64,000 nt of DNA. It comes from Candidatus Altimarinota bacterium (GTDB taxonomy: Bacteria > Patescibacteriota > Gracilibacteria > BD1-5 > UBA2023). Location of the stretch: assembly GCA_041909865.1 (NCBI GenBank), contig JAYRRZ010000060.1, positions 2,928 to 66,927 of the forward strand, given 5' to 3'. Below the pieces are notes generated by a model. That model saw only the letters and a program-made list of their open reading frames with translations. It ran no database searches and was not told the origin of the DNA. Numbering within the stretch: the first letter of the stretch is position 1; every line of letters starts with the position of its first letter. The translations under genes were made by a program, and so were the position numbers. This document shows, piece after piece, positions 1-9,946 of this stretch.

Positions 1-20
1 TTTTTAGACAGTCACGCTCA

Positions 21-49
21 ACTATATCTCAAGTTCACGTTGTTGTCAA
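21..49 (-). promoter_or_regulatory. sigma70-type promoter reading leftwards out of the window
   Basis: minus strand TTGACA (49-44), 17-nt spacer, TATAGT (26-21); preceded by hairpin ATAACACA-GTAA-TGTGTTAT (108-89) just after the stop of the 119..1090 gene. Confidence 0.5.
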
Positions 50-118
50 TATGCCTTCGCGGGTTTCCAGCAATTAAAGGAGTTTGCAATAACACATTAC
101 TGTGTTATGGGACTAAAT

Positions 119-1090
119 TCAATCCAACCACTCACCAACCGCAACCTTTCCGCCCACCACAACACTCTTGCCAGCGATAGACTGATAGGTGCCGCCGTTC
201 TTCCCTTCGATATATCCAATCTCATCGGAAGTAAGGGAGTCGGCAGCTTGACCAACGATGGTTTTGTAGCACCAGACATTGCTACCCGGTTGAGCAGGGC
301 AATGATAGCCAGTGTAACCACATTCAAAAAAGTTGGTATCAGCATCACTCTTATAGACATATGCAGTATTGGCGTAGCCAAGAGCCTTCAACTGACTGAA
401 AATGTCGTTAGTGGCAGAAGTCTTAGTACCAGAAGATTGAGACGAGAAGATATACTTCTTGTTCACAGTTTCAATATACGCAGCCATTGCAAGAATATCG
501 GCATCAACATGAGATTCATAATTGACGATATACCAGCTATCATTCACGGCACGAACAGCCGCCATTGTGTCAGCAACCGTTTCCGTCACGGCAGCATTAG
601 CAGCAGACAGGTTGGCTGTAAATGCTGTAATAGCGTGCCCATTGGCAGAAGTGAGGATCAGCGTAGACGTACCAGAGGCAACGGGATCGGTGATAGAGGC
701 ACTAGACAGAGCAGCCTTCAAACCCGTCACAATGCTCGCTGCCGTGGCGCTAGAGCCGGACGTAAAGGTAATGAGGGTACCATCTACCTTAAACGAATAA
801 ACCGTGTTATCTGCCACCGTAGGGGTGATAGTGACGGACGGAACTTGACGCCGACCAACCACAATACTCTTGAGGCCACGGTTTTGCGAGAAGTAGGCAG
901 TAGCAGCCTTGTACACATTTGTAGTGGAGCCGAAATCAGCAGCCACTTCAGCGAGGGAATTGTAGCTCTTGGCACGAGCAGCAAAATTAGTGTGAGCAGC
1001 CAAGAACATCGGAATAGCGAAACTGGCTCGCTGGATAGTAGCATCTTCACGAGTAATCGTGACAGAGATAATGTCATTTAGAGTTGTCAT
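119..1090 (-). CDS. DUF3383-type tail sheath-like / major tail structural protein
   Basis: 323 aa; N-terminus MTTLNDIISVTITREDATIQRASFAIPMFLAAH fits my recollection of the DUF3383 N-terminal signature; last gene of the head-neck-tail array. Confidence 0.6.
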   Translation of the reverse strand: MTTLNDIISVTITREDATIQRASFAIPMFLAAHTNFAARAKSYNSLAEVAADFGSTTNVYKAATAYFSQNRGLKSIVVGRRQVPSVTITPTVADNTVYSFKVDGTLITFTSGSSATAASIVTGLKAALSSASITDPVASGTSTLILTSANGHAITAFTANLSAANAAVTETVADTMAAVRAVNDSWYIVNYESHVDADILAMAAYIETVNKKYIFSSQSSGTKTSATNDIFSQLKALGYANTAYVYKSDADTNFFECGYTGYHCPAQPGSNVWCYKTIVGQAADSLTSDEIGYIEGKNGGTYQSIAGKSVVVGGKVAVGEWLD

Positions 1091-1121
1091 TCTCTTTTAT
1101 TCTCCTAATTGGAATACCTTT

Positions 1122-1685
1122 TTAAAAGGCGAGGGTTGTCGTGAGAGGATCATTTTTAGCTTCCGTAAATGTCCCAATAATCTGTCCATGATCTATTGTT
1201 TCAAGATTGACAACTTCTTGCTTCTCATACGCCAATGTAACATCCATTGCATACGCAGCATACGTGTCATTTTCACGAGGGGCTTTACTTCTCCGCATTG
1301 TGGAGATACGCAAAACACTCAATCCATTGTCAGCGAAGATTTGACGAATTGAATGTTGACGAATTTTCATATTAAACTTGGCAGCATTATTCTGTGCTGT
1401 TTCAGAACTGCCTCCGTATTGAGCATCCTTACCAATGAATACAAACCTAGCATCCGCTGTCCATGTTTGACGCATCACCGTTTCACGAGTTGTACCATTT
1501 ACGAAGGTATTCTCTTCAGGTTGTCCTACTGGATTTTCTGTAATCAGATGAATAATGCAATACGGGTTGTGAGGTTCTACACCATTCTGAATATAGAAGT
1601 AGGCTTTTCCGCAGTCCATTTGTTCAAATGCAAGGATGATGCTATCCTCTACTCCGGTGAAGGAGTTATTTGCTACCTTTCCCAT
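1122..1685 (-). CDS. neck / tail-completion protein candidate (hypothetical)
   Basis: 187 aa, same-strand array between head-tail connector genes and the sheath-like gene; function by position only. Confidence 0.5.
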   Translation of the reverse strand: MGKVANNSFTGVEDSIILAFEQMDCGKAYFYIQNGVEPHNPYCIIHLITENPVGQPEENTFVNGTTRETVMRQTWTADARFVFIGKDAQYGGSSETAQNNAAKFNMKIRQHSIRQIFADNGLSVLRISTMRRSKAPRENDTYAAYAMDVTLAYEKQEVVNLETIDHGQIIGTFTEAKNDPLTTTLAF

Positions 1686-2053
1686 TATGCAGCCTCCATA
1701 CGAACAGCCAAGGCATCGTAATGGTCGAGTACGCCAGAGGAGTAGTGACGGACGGCATTCACTTCGTATTCAAACCCGTCAATCCACATGAACCTATCCC
1801 CTTTTGTCAAGGCATCCCCTTCAATAGGCATTTTGATAGGACATTGGGAAAAGACACGAAGGATAGGACGAGTTCGGTAGCCCTCAGGGAGAAGAAGCGC
1901 ATCATTTTTATTTCTTGAGGGCTGTACATGCGCCATAATTGTTATTGTTTTATACCCATTCTCTTTCCATCTTCCGTGGACATATTCCCCCGGATTGATT
2001 CGTTTGATTTGCAGCTTACGTTTACCTACTCCTAGAAAGCTCGGAACTGTCAT
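1685..2053 (-). CDS. head-tail joining protein candidate (hypothetical)
   Basis: 122 aa; start overlaps upstream stop (2050-2053), stop abuts next start; position in neck module. Confidence 0.5.
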   Translation of the reverse strand: MTVPSFLGVGKRKLQIKRINPGEYVHGRWKENGYKTITIMAHVQPSRNKNDALLLPEGYRTRPILRVFSQCPIKMPIEGDALTKGDRFMWIDGFEYEVNAVRHYSSGVLDHYDALAVRMEAA

Positions 2054-2574
2054 ATATTCACCTCCTTCTTTCTATTTCCATAGGCATCAGTGTTTACAAT
2101 CTTGGCTTCAACACTGTCGTACAACGTATCTGTTTCACGAAGTTGTTTGTCACTTCCTTTGTGGTTAATTGTATACTGAGAAAGGGGTGGGAATCCATTA
2201 GATTCCGCCTCATCAATACTCTGTTGGACACCCTCTTTCAACCACTTCCCTATCGTGACAAGGGTTTTTTCTCTTTTACCCATAAAGGTTAATTTATAAA
2301 TATCTGCTGCAAACCACTTTACAATTTGTTCAGCCTTTTTCACACTAAACGTGAAGAATGGCCTTGGAGGGACATGCCGTCCACTTTCTGTAATAAATCC
2401 AATCTCATTTTTGTAAGCTATCTCAGCAACAGGTATCCCTGCACGCCTATCCGGGGCTTCGTATGTTTTATCAAAATACCCGTATTGGATTTCTTTCTGA
2501 TTCAAGTCTTGCAGGCGTTTTTCAAGACCTTCCAGAACTTTTCTGTCTATCTCAATCTTGAAATCTTTAGCCAT
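2050..2574 (-). CDS. HK97 gp10-like head-tail connector / tail completion protein
   Basis: start taken at MAKDFKIE (TAATG overlap with upstream stop at 2574); motif HVPPRPFF resembles the conserved (A/P)RPF(L/F) of HK97 gp10-like proteins. Confidence 0.55.
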   Translation of the reverse strand: MAKDFKIEIDRKVLEGLEKRLQDLNQKEIQYGYFDKTYEAPDRRAGIPVAEIAYKNEIGFITESGRHVPPRPFFTFSVKKAEQIVKWFAADIYKLTFMGKREKTLVTIGKWLKEGVQQSIDEAESNGFPPLSQYTINHKGSDKQLRETDTLYDSVEAKIVNTDAYGNRKKEVNI

Positions 2575-3035
2575 TAGAATGTACTCCCACTCGTAGAAGG
2601 AGAATCCAACCAAATCATTTTATCCATGTAAGCAGGCTTACCACGTTGGAAACCCATGAAAATCGGTTTATCCACATTGTCAATATTGTTGGAATTGTTT
2701 TCCATGTCTTGACGGCTAATACCTCCGCAGAACGGGAAGGCAACAATATCCATGAGGAAAGGGTCTTTCAACATGAGTTTGAGAGCAGAAAGATAGTTCT
2801 CAAACATTTGATTGCCGTAGACCTCTACATCCGCAGCACGTTCTCTGGTCCTTCGCGCAAGGCTAAACATTATAGCCTTGATGATGTCCACTGTTGCCCG
2901 ACCCTCACGATTATTATTTTTCTGCAAATAATACTTGTAAGTCTCGTCATCTAAAAATTCATAATCAGGGTCTGCATCACCTACAGCAACCCTCAAGCGG
3001 TCAATAGGATTTCCGATTGGATTACCAGTGTACAT
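2574..3035 (-). CDS. head-tail adaptor candidate
   Basis: 153 aa directly downstream of the major capsid gene and its terminator; position typical of gp6-like adaptor. Confidence 0.45.
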   Translation of the reverse strand: MYTGNPIGNPIDRLRVAVGDADPDYEFLDDETYKYYLQKNNNREGRATVDIIKAIMFSLARRTRERAADVEVYGNQMFENYLSALKLMLKDPFLMDIVAFPFCGGISRQDMENNSNNIDNVDKPIFMGFQRGKPAYMDKMIWLDSPSTSGSTF

Positions 3036-3101
3036 TCTTATCTCCTATTGGTTTATTTCTTTAGAATGTGTTGTTTTTAAAATATTCAATGTAAATACGC
3101 T

Positions 3102-3131
3102 AAAAACAACACACCCTTTTGGGGTGTGTTG
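3102..3131 (-). terminator. rho-independent terminator after major capsid gene
   Basis: minus strand CAACACACCC-caaaa-GGGTGTGTTG followed by TTTTT. Confidence 0.75.
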
Positions 3132-3141
3132 CTATTGTCAA

Positions 3142-4182
3142 TTAGTTGCTAGAGTACAACTTGACAATGACTTGAGGCCTCCGGGCCACGTGGCAAATAT
3201 TTGATTCAGACTCGAACTCAATACCGTTCCCCTTCGGATCACGGTATTCAAACACATACGCTTCCATACCAACAGTGTTTACGAGATCCATCTTCTGAGC
3301 CGGAGCAGCATACGAACCGAAGATATCGAAGGCTTCAGTCGGAATAAGCCGCGCTTCTCCAGCCGGAACAAACGGATTGCCATCCGGCTTCAGACCACGA
3401 TATTCGATGTAGGTGATACCACCATAGTCGAACATACGAGTGCCACGCGGCAGAGCAGACGACAAACGCTGACGCAGCGGCTCTTGAGCACCAACACTGG
3501 TGTAGTATTGGTAGGCGGTCTTGGTGGTGGGATGCTTAATCAGATTAGCGAAGAAGGTCGGATGGCAAATAGCCACAAACCCGCTAATCGAAGTAGTACC
3601 GTTCAAGATGTTGTCATAGATGTGAGCAATACCTTCTTCACCCTTACCAAGCAGGTCAGAAGTGGAAGTACCAAAAGCGTAGTCAATTTCCTTACGGGAA
3701 ATGCCAAACTCGGTGTAGTAGTTGACAGAGACGGTGCCGTTCGGAGCGTACACGGTGCCGTCTTCCAGCAGCTTAGCGCGAGCAATTTCCATGAACATCG
3801 CATGAGAACGACGAATACGGGACAGCTTACGGGCAACAGCCAGACTCACTTGCTCTTCCATGTCATTCGTGCCATAGGCGGTCTTACCTTGGATGTCTTG
3901 CGGGGTGAGTGCATCGTCCAGCGGGAAGTGCGGAATCGGGAACGAATACAGCTTGCGGACGCTATCCTTGCTGTAGTTGTTCCGTTCGCCACGAATACGG
4001 TCCACCATGATAGCGGTGGTGTCAATGATTTGTTCCAGCGACACAGTGTTAGACATAACACCTTCGACAGCCGGGAAAATGTTCAACTGGTTGATAATAT
4101 CCCATTGGTTCGGGATAATCAGCAATTGCGGGGTGCGGTCAATAAACTCAAAATTATTGACATACGAGCGAATAATACCCAT
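3142..4182 (-). CDS. major capsid protein (lambda gpE-like family)
   Basis: 346 aa, size and position after a decoration protein and scaffold; followed by a strong terminator as expected for the most abundant late transcript; sequence recalls Phage_cap_E proteins. Confidence 0.75.
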   Translation of the reverse strand: MGIIRSYVNNFEFIDRTPQLLIIPNQWDIINQLNIFPAVEGVMSNTVSLEQIIDTTAIMVDRIRGERNNYSKDSVRKLYSFPIPHFPLDDALTPQDIQGKTAYGTNDMEEQVSLAVARKLSRIRRSHAMFMEIARAKLLEDGTVYAPNGTVSVNYYTEFGISRKEIDYAFGTSTSDLLGKGEEGIAHIYDNILNGTTSISGFVAICHPTFFANLIKHPTTKTAYQYYTSVGAQEPLRQRLSSALPRGTRMFDYGGITYIEYRGLKPDGNPFVPAGEARLIPTEAFDIFGSYAAPAQKMDLVNTVGMEAYVFEYRDPKGNGIEFESESNICHVARRPQVIVKLYSSN

Positions 4183-4199
4183 AGTTTTTTATCTCCTTA

Positions 4200-4889
4200 T
4201 TAGATTTGAGTTTCAGCCACAATCCCTTGGGCATCCAGTTGACGCACAAGAGTAGCAATTTCAGCATCCGTGTCCACAGACGAGTCATAGGACAGAGCTT
4301 GCTTGGCAACCACAACCGGACCCTTCACAATCGCGGTGACAGTGGTATCGGTGGAACCAGCAACAGCCAGCGAACCAGCATTACCAGTGGAATCGGCAAT
4401 GTAGATAGCCAGTTCAACATCGCTCACATCGGTAGCAGCATAGGTGCGATACTTCTCAGTACCAGTGACGGCGATGGTGAAAGTGTCGCCCACCACGAAG
4501 TCCGTAGCATCCGAAATGGTGAAGGACAGGCCACCACCAGTAAACACAACGCCAACGGAACCAGTTCCAACAACACGACCAGACGGACTAGTGACATAGA
4601 AATCACCAGCATTCGACACAGCCTTCGCGAAACGAACAGTGTAAGTACCGATCTTAGCGGTGGAGCCGACAGTGATAGTGCCGACAGTGCCAGTGCCAGT
4701 GTTGCCAGCACCGGCAGTAGCGGTCGCGCTACCAGAGGCGAGGAACTTGGTCAGGACTCGACCAACAGCAAAAGTTGCAGCACTGTCATAAACAGTGATA
4801 GTTTTACGGCAAAAGCCGATAGAGCGTTCGTACTCGTGCTTCAGGACTGCCCCGAGGCGTTGACCTTCCGTACTAATCAAAGCGGTCAT
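4200..4889 (-). CDS. head decoration protein with Gly/Thr-rich Ig-like insert
   Basis: 229 aa; N-terminus EGQRLGAVLKHEYERS and C-terminal LDAQGIV pattern recall head decoration (gpD-like) proteins; sits between scaffold and MCP. Confidence 0.6.
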   Translation of the reverse strand: MTALISTEGQRLGAVLKHEYERSIGFCRKTITVYDSAATFAVGRVLTKFLASGSATATAGAGNTGTGTVGTITVGSTAKIGTYTVRFAKAVSNAGDFYVTSPSGRVVGTGSVGVVFTGGGLSFTISDATDFVVGDTFTIAVTGTEKYRTYAATDVSDVELAIYIADSTGNAGSLAVAGSTDTTVTAIVKGPVVVAKQALSYDSSVDTDAEIATLVRQLDAQGIVAETQI

Positions 4890-4901
4890 ATTTTAATCTC
4901 C

Positions 4902-5786
4902 TTACTTAATACCAAATTGAGCCTTGAGAATGGCTTCCACTTTATCTTCCTTTTCAGGAGACTTACCTTCGCCATCAACACCCTTCGGGGCAAACGACTT
5001 TTCCACTTGAGCGTCCAGAGCCTTGTAGCCATCCAGCACAGCAGCCCAAGCTGCCTCCGGCAGATCAGCCACACCCTTGAACACATCTTCCAGCTTGTCA
5101 GCCGGGATCACTTCAGCCAGAGCAGCCTTACGCGCTTCAGCCTTCTTGGCCTTGGCATCAGCTTCAAAAGCCTCAATCTTGGCGATCAAACCCTTGTTCA
5201 CTTCAACAAGCGCGTCATGGGCCTTTTGGACCTCAGCGAGCGCATCTTTAGCTTTCTGGACTTCGGCCAGAGCTTCATCAATTTTCACATTGTTCTCCTT
5301 TGAACTTGTAAATGCTTTCTCAGCTTCTTTTTGTTTTTCTTCAAATCGTTGCTGCGTCTGCAAAACATTAAGGAAAGTCTTGGCGTCCAAATCTCCAAGA
5401 GAGATATCCCCATCCTTACAAGATTTCATAATCTCAACAGAGTTGATGAAATTCTGACGCTCTTGCTCTTGACAGGCTTTCCATTCTTCCCAAGACATAT
5501 CGCCTGTATCTTCAGGCTCCCCTTCTTCATCGGAGAATCCAAGAATCTCCGTTAGCGTGTCGGCATCTTCTTCCCACATGCCAAAGAACGTCTCGAGGAA
5601 GTCATCAAAAGGAAGGACCACCTTCACCATCGTTGCTTTCTCAAGATATTCGTCCGTAATATCGTTAGTTGATTTATAAATCAGAGTTGTATGCCCATTG
5701 GCTGCACCCTGATCCTTGTGCACTAGCGCCAAATGAGCGCCTTCTTTTTCAAATTTAATGTCAGTTAGACGCCTTTTCGCGTTCAT
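4902..5786 (-). CDS. capsid scaffolding protein
   Basis: 294 aa, acidic, coiled-coil repeats (ALAEVQKAKDALAEVQKAHDALVEVNKG); between protease and decoration/MCP. Confidence 0.65.
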   Translation of the reverse strand: MNAKRRLTDIKFEKEGAHLALVHKDQGAANGHTTLIYKSTNDITDEYLEKATMVKVVLPFDDFLETFFGMWEEDADTLTEILGFSDEEGEPEDTGDMSWEEWKACQEQERQNFINSVEIMKSCKDGDISLGDLDAKTFLNVLQTQQRFEEKQKEAEKAFTSSKENNVKIDEALAEVQKAKDALAEVQKAHDALVEVNKGLIAKIEAFEADAKAKKAEARKAALAEVIPADKLEDVFKGVADLPEAAWAAVLDGYKALDAQVEKSFAPKGVDGEGKSPEKEDKVEAILKAQFGIK

Positions 5787-6555
5787 TTAAAAACTCCAGA
5801 AATCTAGGATCAAGGTAAGGAACCCACCCATCATTGAAACGCTTAATCATTCCCTTGATAGTGGTGCTTCTAGGGATGCCGAGTTTACGGCTAAGGGCAC
5901 GACAACCGCACATATCTTCCAGCCACATTAAATAAATATCTTGAGATTTACTCCACAAATACTTATCCGCTTGGTGGTTGGCCCATGTTCCTCTTTCTTC
6001 AAAATACTTTCTCTTAGCTGCTGCTAATTTTTGAATATGCTCTGTTGAACGAGGTTGTCTAGGTTGTTTTTCTCGTAATTCCTTTTCTAGTTTTTTACGT
6101 TCTCTTTCCGCTTGCGCCTGTGGAGACTCCGTAAGAAGGCAATAAAACTTTCTCCAGTTTTTAATACCTCCTTGCCAATTTGGATGATTTGGACCTGACG
6201 TATCTTTTCTGGGTTTTGGTTCTTTTACCTTTTTCGGTGCACTAAAATATGGATTTGTTATACCGCCAACGGCAATATTCCAGCCTATATTTTTAGTCGG
6301 CCTAAGTTTGTTTTCCATTAAAAGAGCGTAGTCCTTATCGCAAATACAAATAGTAGTAAGAACTATATCCTCATACTTTTTCAATGCAGAGGAGAGATGT
6401 CTATTCAAATGCTGCCCAGATTTACTCTGGCGCAAGTGTCTTTGGAATCTACTCTCAACAGTCTCTCTTGTAATTCCAACATAGCCCTCAGTTTCAATAT
6501 CTGAATGAGATTTCCTGTGAATCCAATAAACTTTAAACTCACTCAAGATTCTCAA
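5761..6555 (-). CDS. free-standing GIY-YIG homing endonuclease
   Basis: VYWIH...GYVGIT...RFQRH...ENKLRP...NIAVGG = GIY, YIG, Arg, Glu, Asn motifs in canonical order; basic C-terminal DNA-binding half; non-ATG (TTG) start; overlaps both flanking genes. Confidence 0.8.
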   Translation of the reverse strand: MRILSEFKVYWIHRKSHSDIETEGYVGITRETVESRFQRHLRQSKSGQHLNRHLSSALKKYEDIVLTTICICDKDYALLMENKLRPTKNIGWNIAVGGITNPYFSAPKKVKEPKPRKDTSGPNHPNWQGGIKNWRKFYCLLTESPQAQAERERKKLEKELREKQPRQPRSTEHIQKLAAAKRKYFEERGTWANHQADKYLWSKSQDIYLMWLEDMCGCRALSRKLGIPRSTTIKGMIKRFNDGWVPYLDPRFLEFLNEREKASN

Positions 6556-7231
6556 CCCTTGCTAAAGCACCGATACTTACTCCAACAATGTCGCCTTCCT
6601 TGACCATTTTCCAGATTATCTCGCCAGTCTCCGTTTCAGGAAAAGTCATCCAAGCTAACCAAGTTCCTTTTTTAATCTCGCGCCCATCATCGGTAGTAAA
6701 TGTAGCAGGGGATATAAAAGACTGTTCAACCTTTGCGTCTTCTGTCATCATACGGTGAAAAAGATTAGCCTTCATACAATGCAAGTTGAAATTTGCACAT
6801 GCCTTCTCCACTTCCTCAGCAGAATATGTGTCTCCGTGCAAATCTACAACATCCGGTTCTAGGACTACAAACATAGCCCTCCGTTGCTCAACGTCCAACG
6901 CCTTAGTCACTTCCACTGTAGGCGCTACGTCCGTGTTTGTATCTCCAAATGCCTTGAACAGCCAATCTTTAAAGCCGTCTACAATTCCATCCAATTTGCT
7001 TTTAGCCACTGTTGCACTCCCTCCAACACCAACGCCAACAGCGGGCATCCCTTGCCCATCTGTGTCGTAAGCTCTAACACGTTGCGTTGTTTTCTTGCGC
7101 TTCTTCTTGACAGCATCCATTCCCATTTGAAGGTCCATTGTTGTCAATGGCTTTCCAGAGGCTTTGTTTACAGCTTGTTCAAAAACTTCCCGTTCTTCTT
7201 GAGAAAGGGATTCAACAATTTTAAATGTCAT
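6539..7231 (-). CDS. prohead serine protease, XkdF-like
   Basis: FVVLEPDVVDLHGDTYSAEEVEKACANFN resembles the XkdF-like phage protease core; directly after the portal gene. Confidence 0.65.
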   Translation of the reverse strand: MTFKIVESLSQEEREVFEQAVNKASGKPLTTMDLQMGMDAVKKKRKKTTQRVRAYDTDGQGMPAVGVGVGGSATVAKSKLDGIVDGFKDWLFKAFGDTNTDVAPTVEVTKALDVEQRRAMFVVLEPDVVDLHGDTYSAEEVEKACANFNLHCMKANLFHRMMTEDAKVEQSFISPATFTTDDGREIKKGTWLAWMTFPETETGEIIWKMVKEGDIVGVSIGALARVENLE

Positions 7232-7670
7232 CCTGTATTCTCCGAATTAAGGGAAGCTGTATCTGTTCCAGCTACGCTGTTTGAAGTGCCGTAAATGCCC
7301 CCCGTATCGGTCGAGAAAGATTTACCAGATTTAGTTTGATTTCCATCTTCAGCACCAGTGAGCTTTTTCACTTCCTCAAACGTGGCTTCAGGGTCAAACC
7401 TGTGTGGCAAATCCAAGACATCAGCAATGCGATTAACATTATCGGCAGTTTTGGCAATCATGCCAACAGCAGCAATCCGCTGAATAGCCTTACTGAATGC
7501 TTCAAGATCAGTTTCATCCAAATCGCCATAAACGAATTTCGGATAATCTGTTTCATCCCATCCGTTACGTTCAAACAGAGAAGGAATCAGGTCTTGATTA
7601 AGGACATCAGCAATTTCCATTAGACGTGCTTCGCACGCCATAGACAGGAGATTTGATTTTGAATCGGCTA
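7228..7670 (-). CDS. portal protein, exon 2
   Basis: reading frame continues exon 1 after removal of 7671-8206: ...GSYSL|ADSKSNLLSMACEARLMEIAD...; spliced product 499 aa. Confidence 0.75.
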
Positions 7671-8206
7671 CATTTATGTTCAAGGGCACTCGCTAGATGC
7701 CCTCCGCTTTATTCAAGCTGCTTTAAGTTTCCTTAAAGATCAGACTATATCACGCTCTTCTTGAGAGCCATACCATTTCCACTCGCTTGAGTGTACTTCC
7801 CGAAGGAATAGTCGTTGCACGGTCTAGTTAAAACACCCATATCAAAAACTGTAATCGCAAGTTATATGATGATAACCATTACGTCTTTGAATCGTTTTGA
7901 TGATACCTCTTGTCAATTTCTTACAAGTGGCTATCTTTAATATTTTTGAAGGTGTGAGTCCGTCCTCAAGACACCTACACACCCATCTCGCAGTTTCATC
8001 TGAGATAGATCGTCTACTGCAACTTCATAGGTTTTAACTAGCTTCGCTCAGGATTTCCCAATTCTTAATATTGTTACTATACCAAGCTGATTAGACTTGC
8101 CACTGAAATGTCACCACTTCAGTTTAGTAATTAAGACTCTAAGGGGTTTCCCTGAATTAGATATGTTTTTCCGTTTGTAATCACTTACAAAGGTCGCTAA
8201 CTTTTA
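7671..8206 (-). mobile_element. group I intron (ORF-less, 536 nt) in portal gene
   Basis: exon 1 ends in U (UCGU|UAAAAGUUAGCGA gives a P1 with G.U), intron ends in G (..AACAUAAAUG|); shares core blocks AAUUCAGGGAAAC, AUCCUGAGCNAAGC and about 130 nt of 3' sequence with the TerL intron. Confidence 0.8.
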
Positions 8207-9263
8207 ACGAATAACTGCCTACTTGATCTTGACCTAAACGCAAAATGTCGCTCAAAAGAGCGGTCAAGATTTTATTGTCGTAACGAGTGATTGCTTCTTT
8301 AATATGTTGAGCGCCACTATTGGGGACAGACAACAAACTAAACTTGAACAGAGGTTGCTTAGATTCAGGATCATACATCAACGGGGTGATTAGACCGGCT
8401 TGTTCGTTATTGTGCATATTCCGAATAATGTTCTGGTAATACGCAAACACACGCTTGTCATCGTCACTACCGTTTGGGTCCATGTACTTTGGGTGCAATT
8501 CCAAATGAGGGACACCAGACATATTCCGAGAATAGCCAATAGCTTCAATTTCTTCTAGTGCTACACGAACCTTCCACGGGCCGAAAACTGAAAGCAACGG
8601 AGAACGGCCCTCTGGATTGTCCTTATAAGCATCCGTTCTGAACAGCATGAAATTTTCACGAGGGATTGTGAGAGGTTGTTGTCCCCAATATGCGTCTGTG
8701 TAACGCATCTGGTCATTCATCAAACCAAGGGATTGTTTTACAGCAACCAAATCACGTCCATCGGGAGCATAAAGCCAACGATAAACCGTATCCTGAGAGC
8801 GGATAGGGAGCTTGCGCAGCCCCACCAACCCATCATTATACTTACTACCATTTCGCTTCCAGCGACGGCGATATACCTTTTCGTGAATACTAAATCCATA
8901 TGTGAATACAGAACATACTTCTTTCAAAAAATGAAACCAGCTATGTTCCATGTCGTGCATACATTCTTCTACATACTTGGCACGAGTCTTTTGTTTTTCT
9001 GTAGCTTGGGGAGGAGGCTCAACACTCCATTTCACCTTGCTAATCATCAATTCAATTGCTTTCAATGCCGCAGCAATTGTTGGATCGTGAGCCATTTCCT
9101 TGAAGGTTTTAATACTCTGAGGCCAACGCAAATCGCGTCTGGCCTCTTCGTAAATAATACCAGCACTCACTTTCAAGCCAGTGTAACCAACTTCAGTGAG
9201 AGACATTCTCGGAATAACGCTCCCATCCGATGACAAATGATCGTTTGGTACGTCTGTGGGCAT
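8207..9263 (-). CDS. portal protein, exon 1
   Basis: 352 codons + 1 nt; SD AGGAGAGG upstream of the ATG at 9263; follows TerL; the unspliced frame runs only 8 further codons into the intron (VSDLCK + stop). Confidence 0.75.
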
Positions 9264-9274
9264 TAGTTCCTCTC

Positions 9275-9946
9275 CTAAAATGTGCTTCCTACCGCGTAAG
9301 CGGATTGGTTATGGCTAAAATCAAATGTGCTTCCTACGGAAAGGTCAGGAGGAGCAAATGTGGGGATTTTGATGGATGAAGCCAACATCATAAACGCATC
9401 ACCCGATGCGTCCACTTGATCGTCTTTGTTTTTTCTGCTTCCATCAAATATTTCTAGTTCATGGAAATAGGCTTCATTCCATTCACCTTTTACAATTTTT
9501 ACACTTCCACTTTCGCTCGCCGCACAGAACGGGGCAAACCGTTGAACCTTTGATTTAGAGGCTTGCTTTGATTTAGCATAAAAGCCCCTCTCAGCGAGGT
9601 CACGGATTAGTGTTGAAGCATATTGCTTTCCGCTTGCTCCCGGATCACAAGGGACAACAATTAAGGTGTCGCTACCGTCCTGCTGAGCTACCTCGCACAT
9701 TCGTTCAAATACTTCACCATGCCGTGCCCGAAATCTCACTACGTCTTCAACATAATAGTTTCCATACTTATCTTTAGACATTAGCACACCAGCAGTCCAG
9801 TCGGGATTTGGAGAAAGCTCAGAGGGGAGTGTTCCACTAATATCCCAAGCTCTCACTTTCTTTTCGACAGCAAGAGGCGGAAGGTCAACTACTTCACACC
9901 ATTCCTTCTTCCAATATCCGGATGATTCCTCACTTACATTCCAGTT
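9275..9946 (-). CDS. terL: terminase large subunit, exon 2 (nuclease domain)
   Basis: frame open from 9946 (NWNVSEESSGYWKKEW..); joins exon 1 to give LLYG|NW, the conserved terminase motif; VVPCDPGASGK and DDQVDASGDAF are nuclease-domain acidic motifs. Confidence 0.85.
   Translation of the reverse strand, partial: NWNVSEESSGYWKKEWCEVVDLPPLAVEKKVRAWDISGTLPSELSPNPDWTAGVLMSKDKYGNYYVEDVVRFRARHGEVFERMCEVAQQDGSDTLIVVPCDPGASGKQYASTLIRDLAERGFYAKSKQASKSKVQRFAPFCAASESGSVKIVKGEWNEAYFHELEIFDGSRKNKDDQVDASGDAFMMLASSIKIPTFAPPDLSVGSTFDFSHNQSAYAVGSTF

Noticed and set aside
4206-5303. Long antisense ORFs. Examples: 365 aa on plus at 4206-5303, 324 aa at 107-1081, 239 aa at 3484-4203, 274 aa on minus at 46319-47143, 224 aa at 28790-29464, 197 aa at 35393-35986
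   Set aside because: They lie opposite well-supported genes. They have low-complexity or Ser/Arg/Leu-rich translations, no SD and no motifs. They are typical shadow ORFs.
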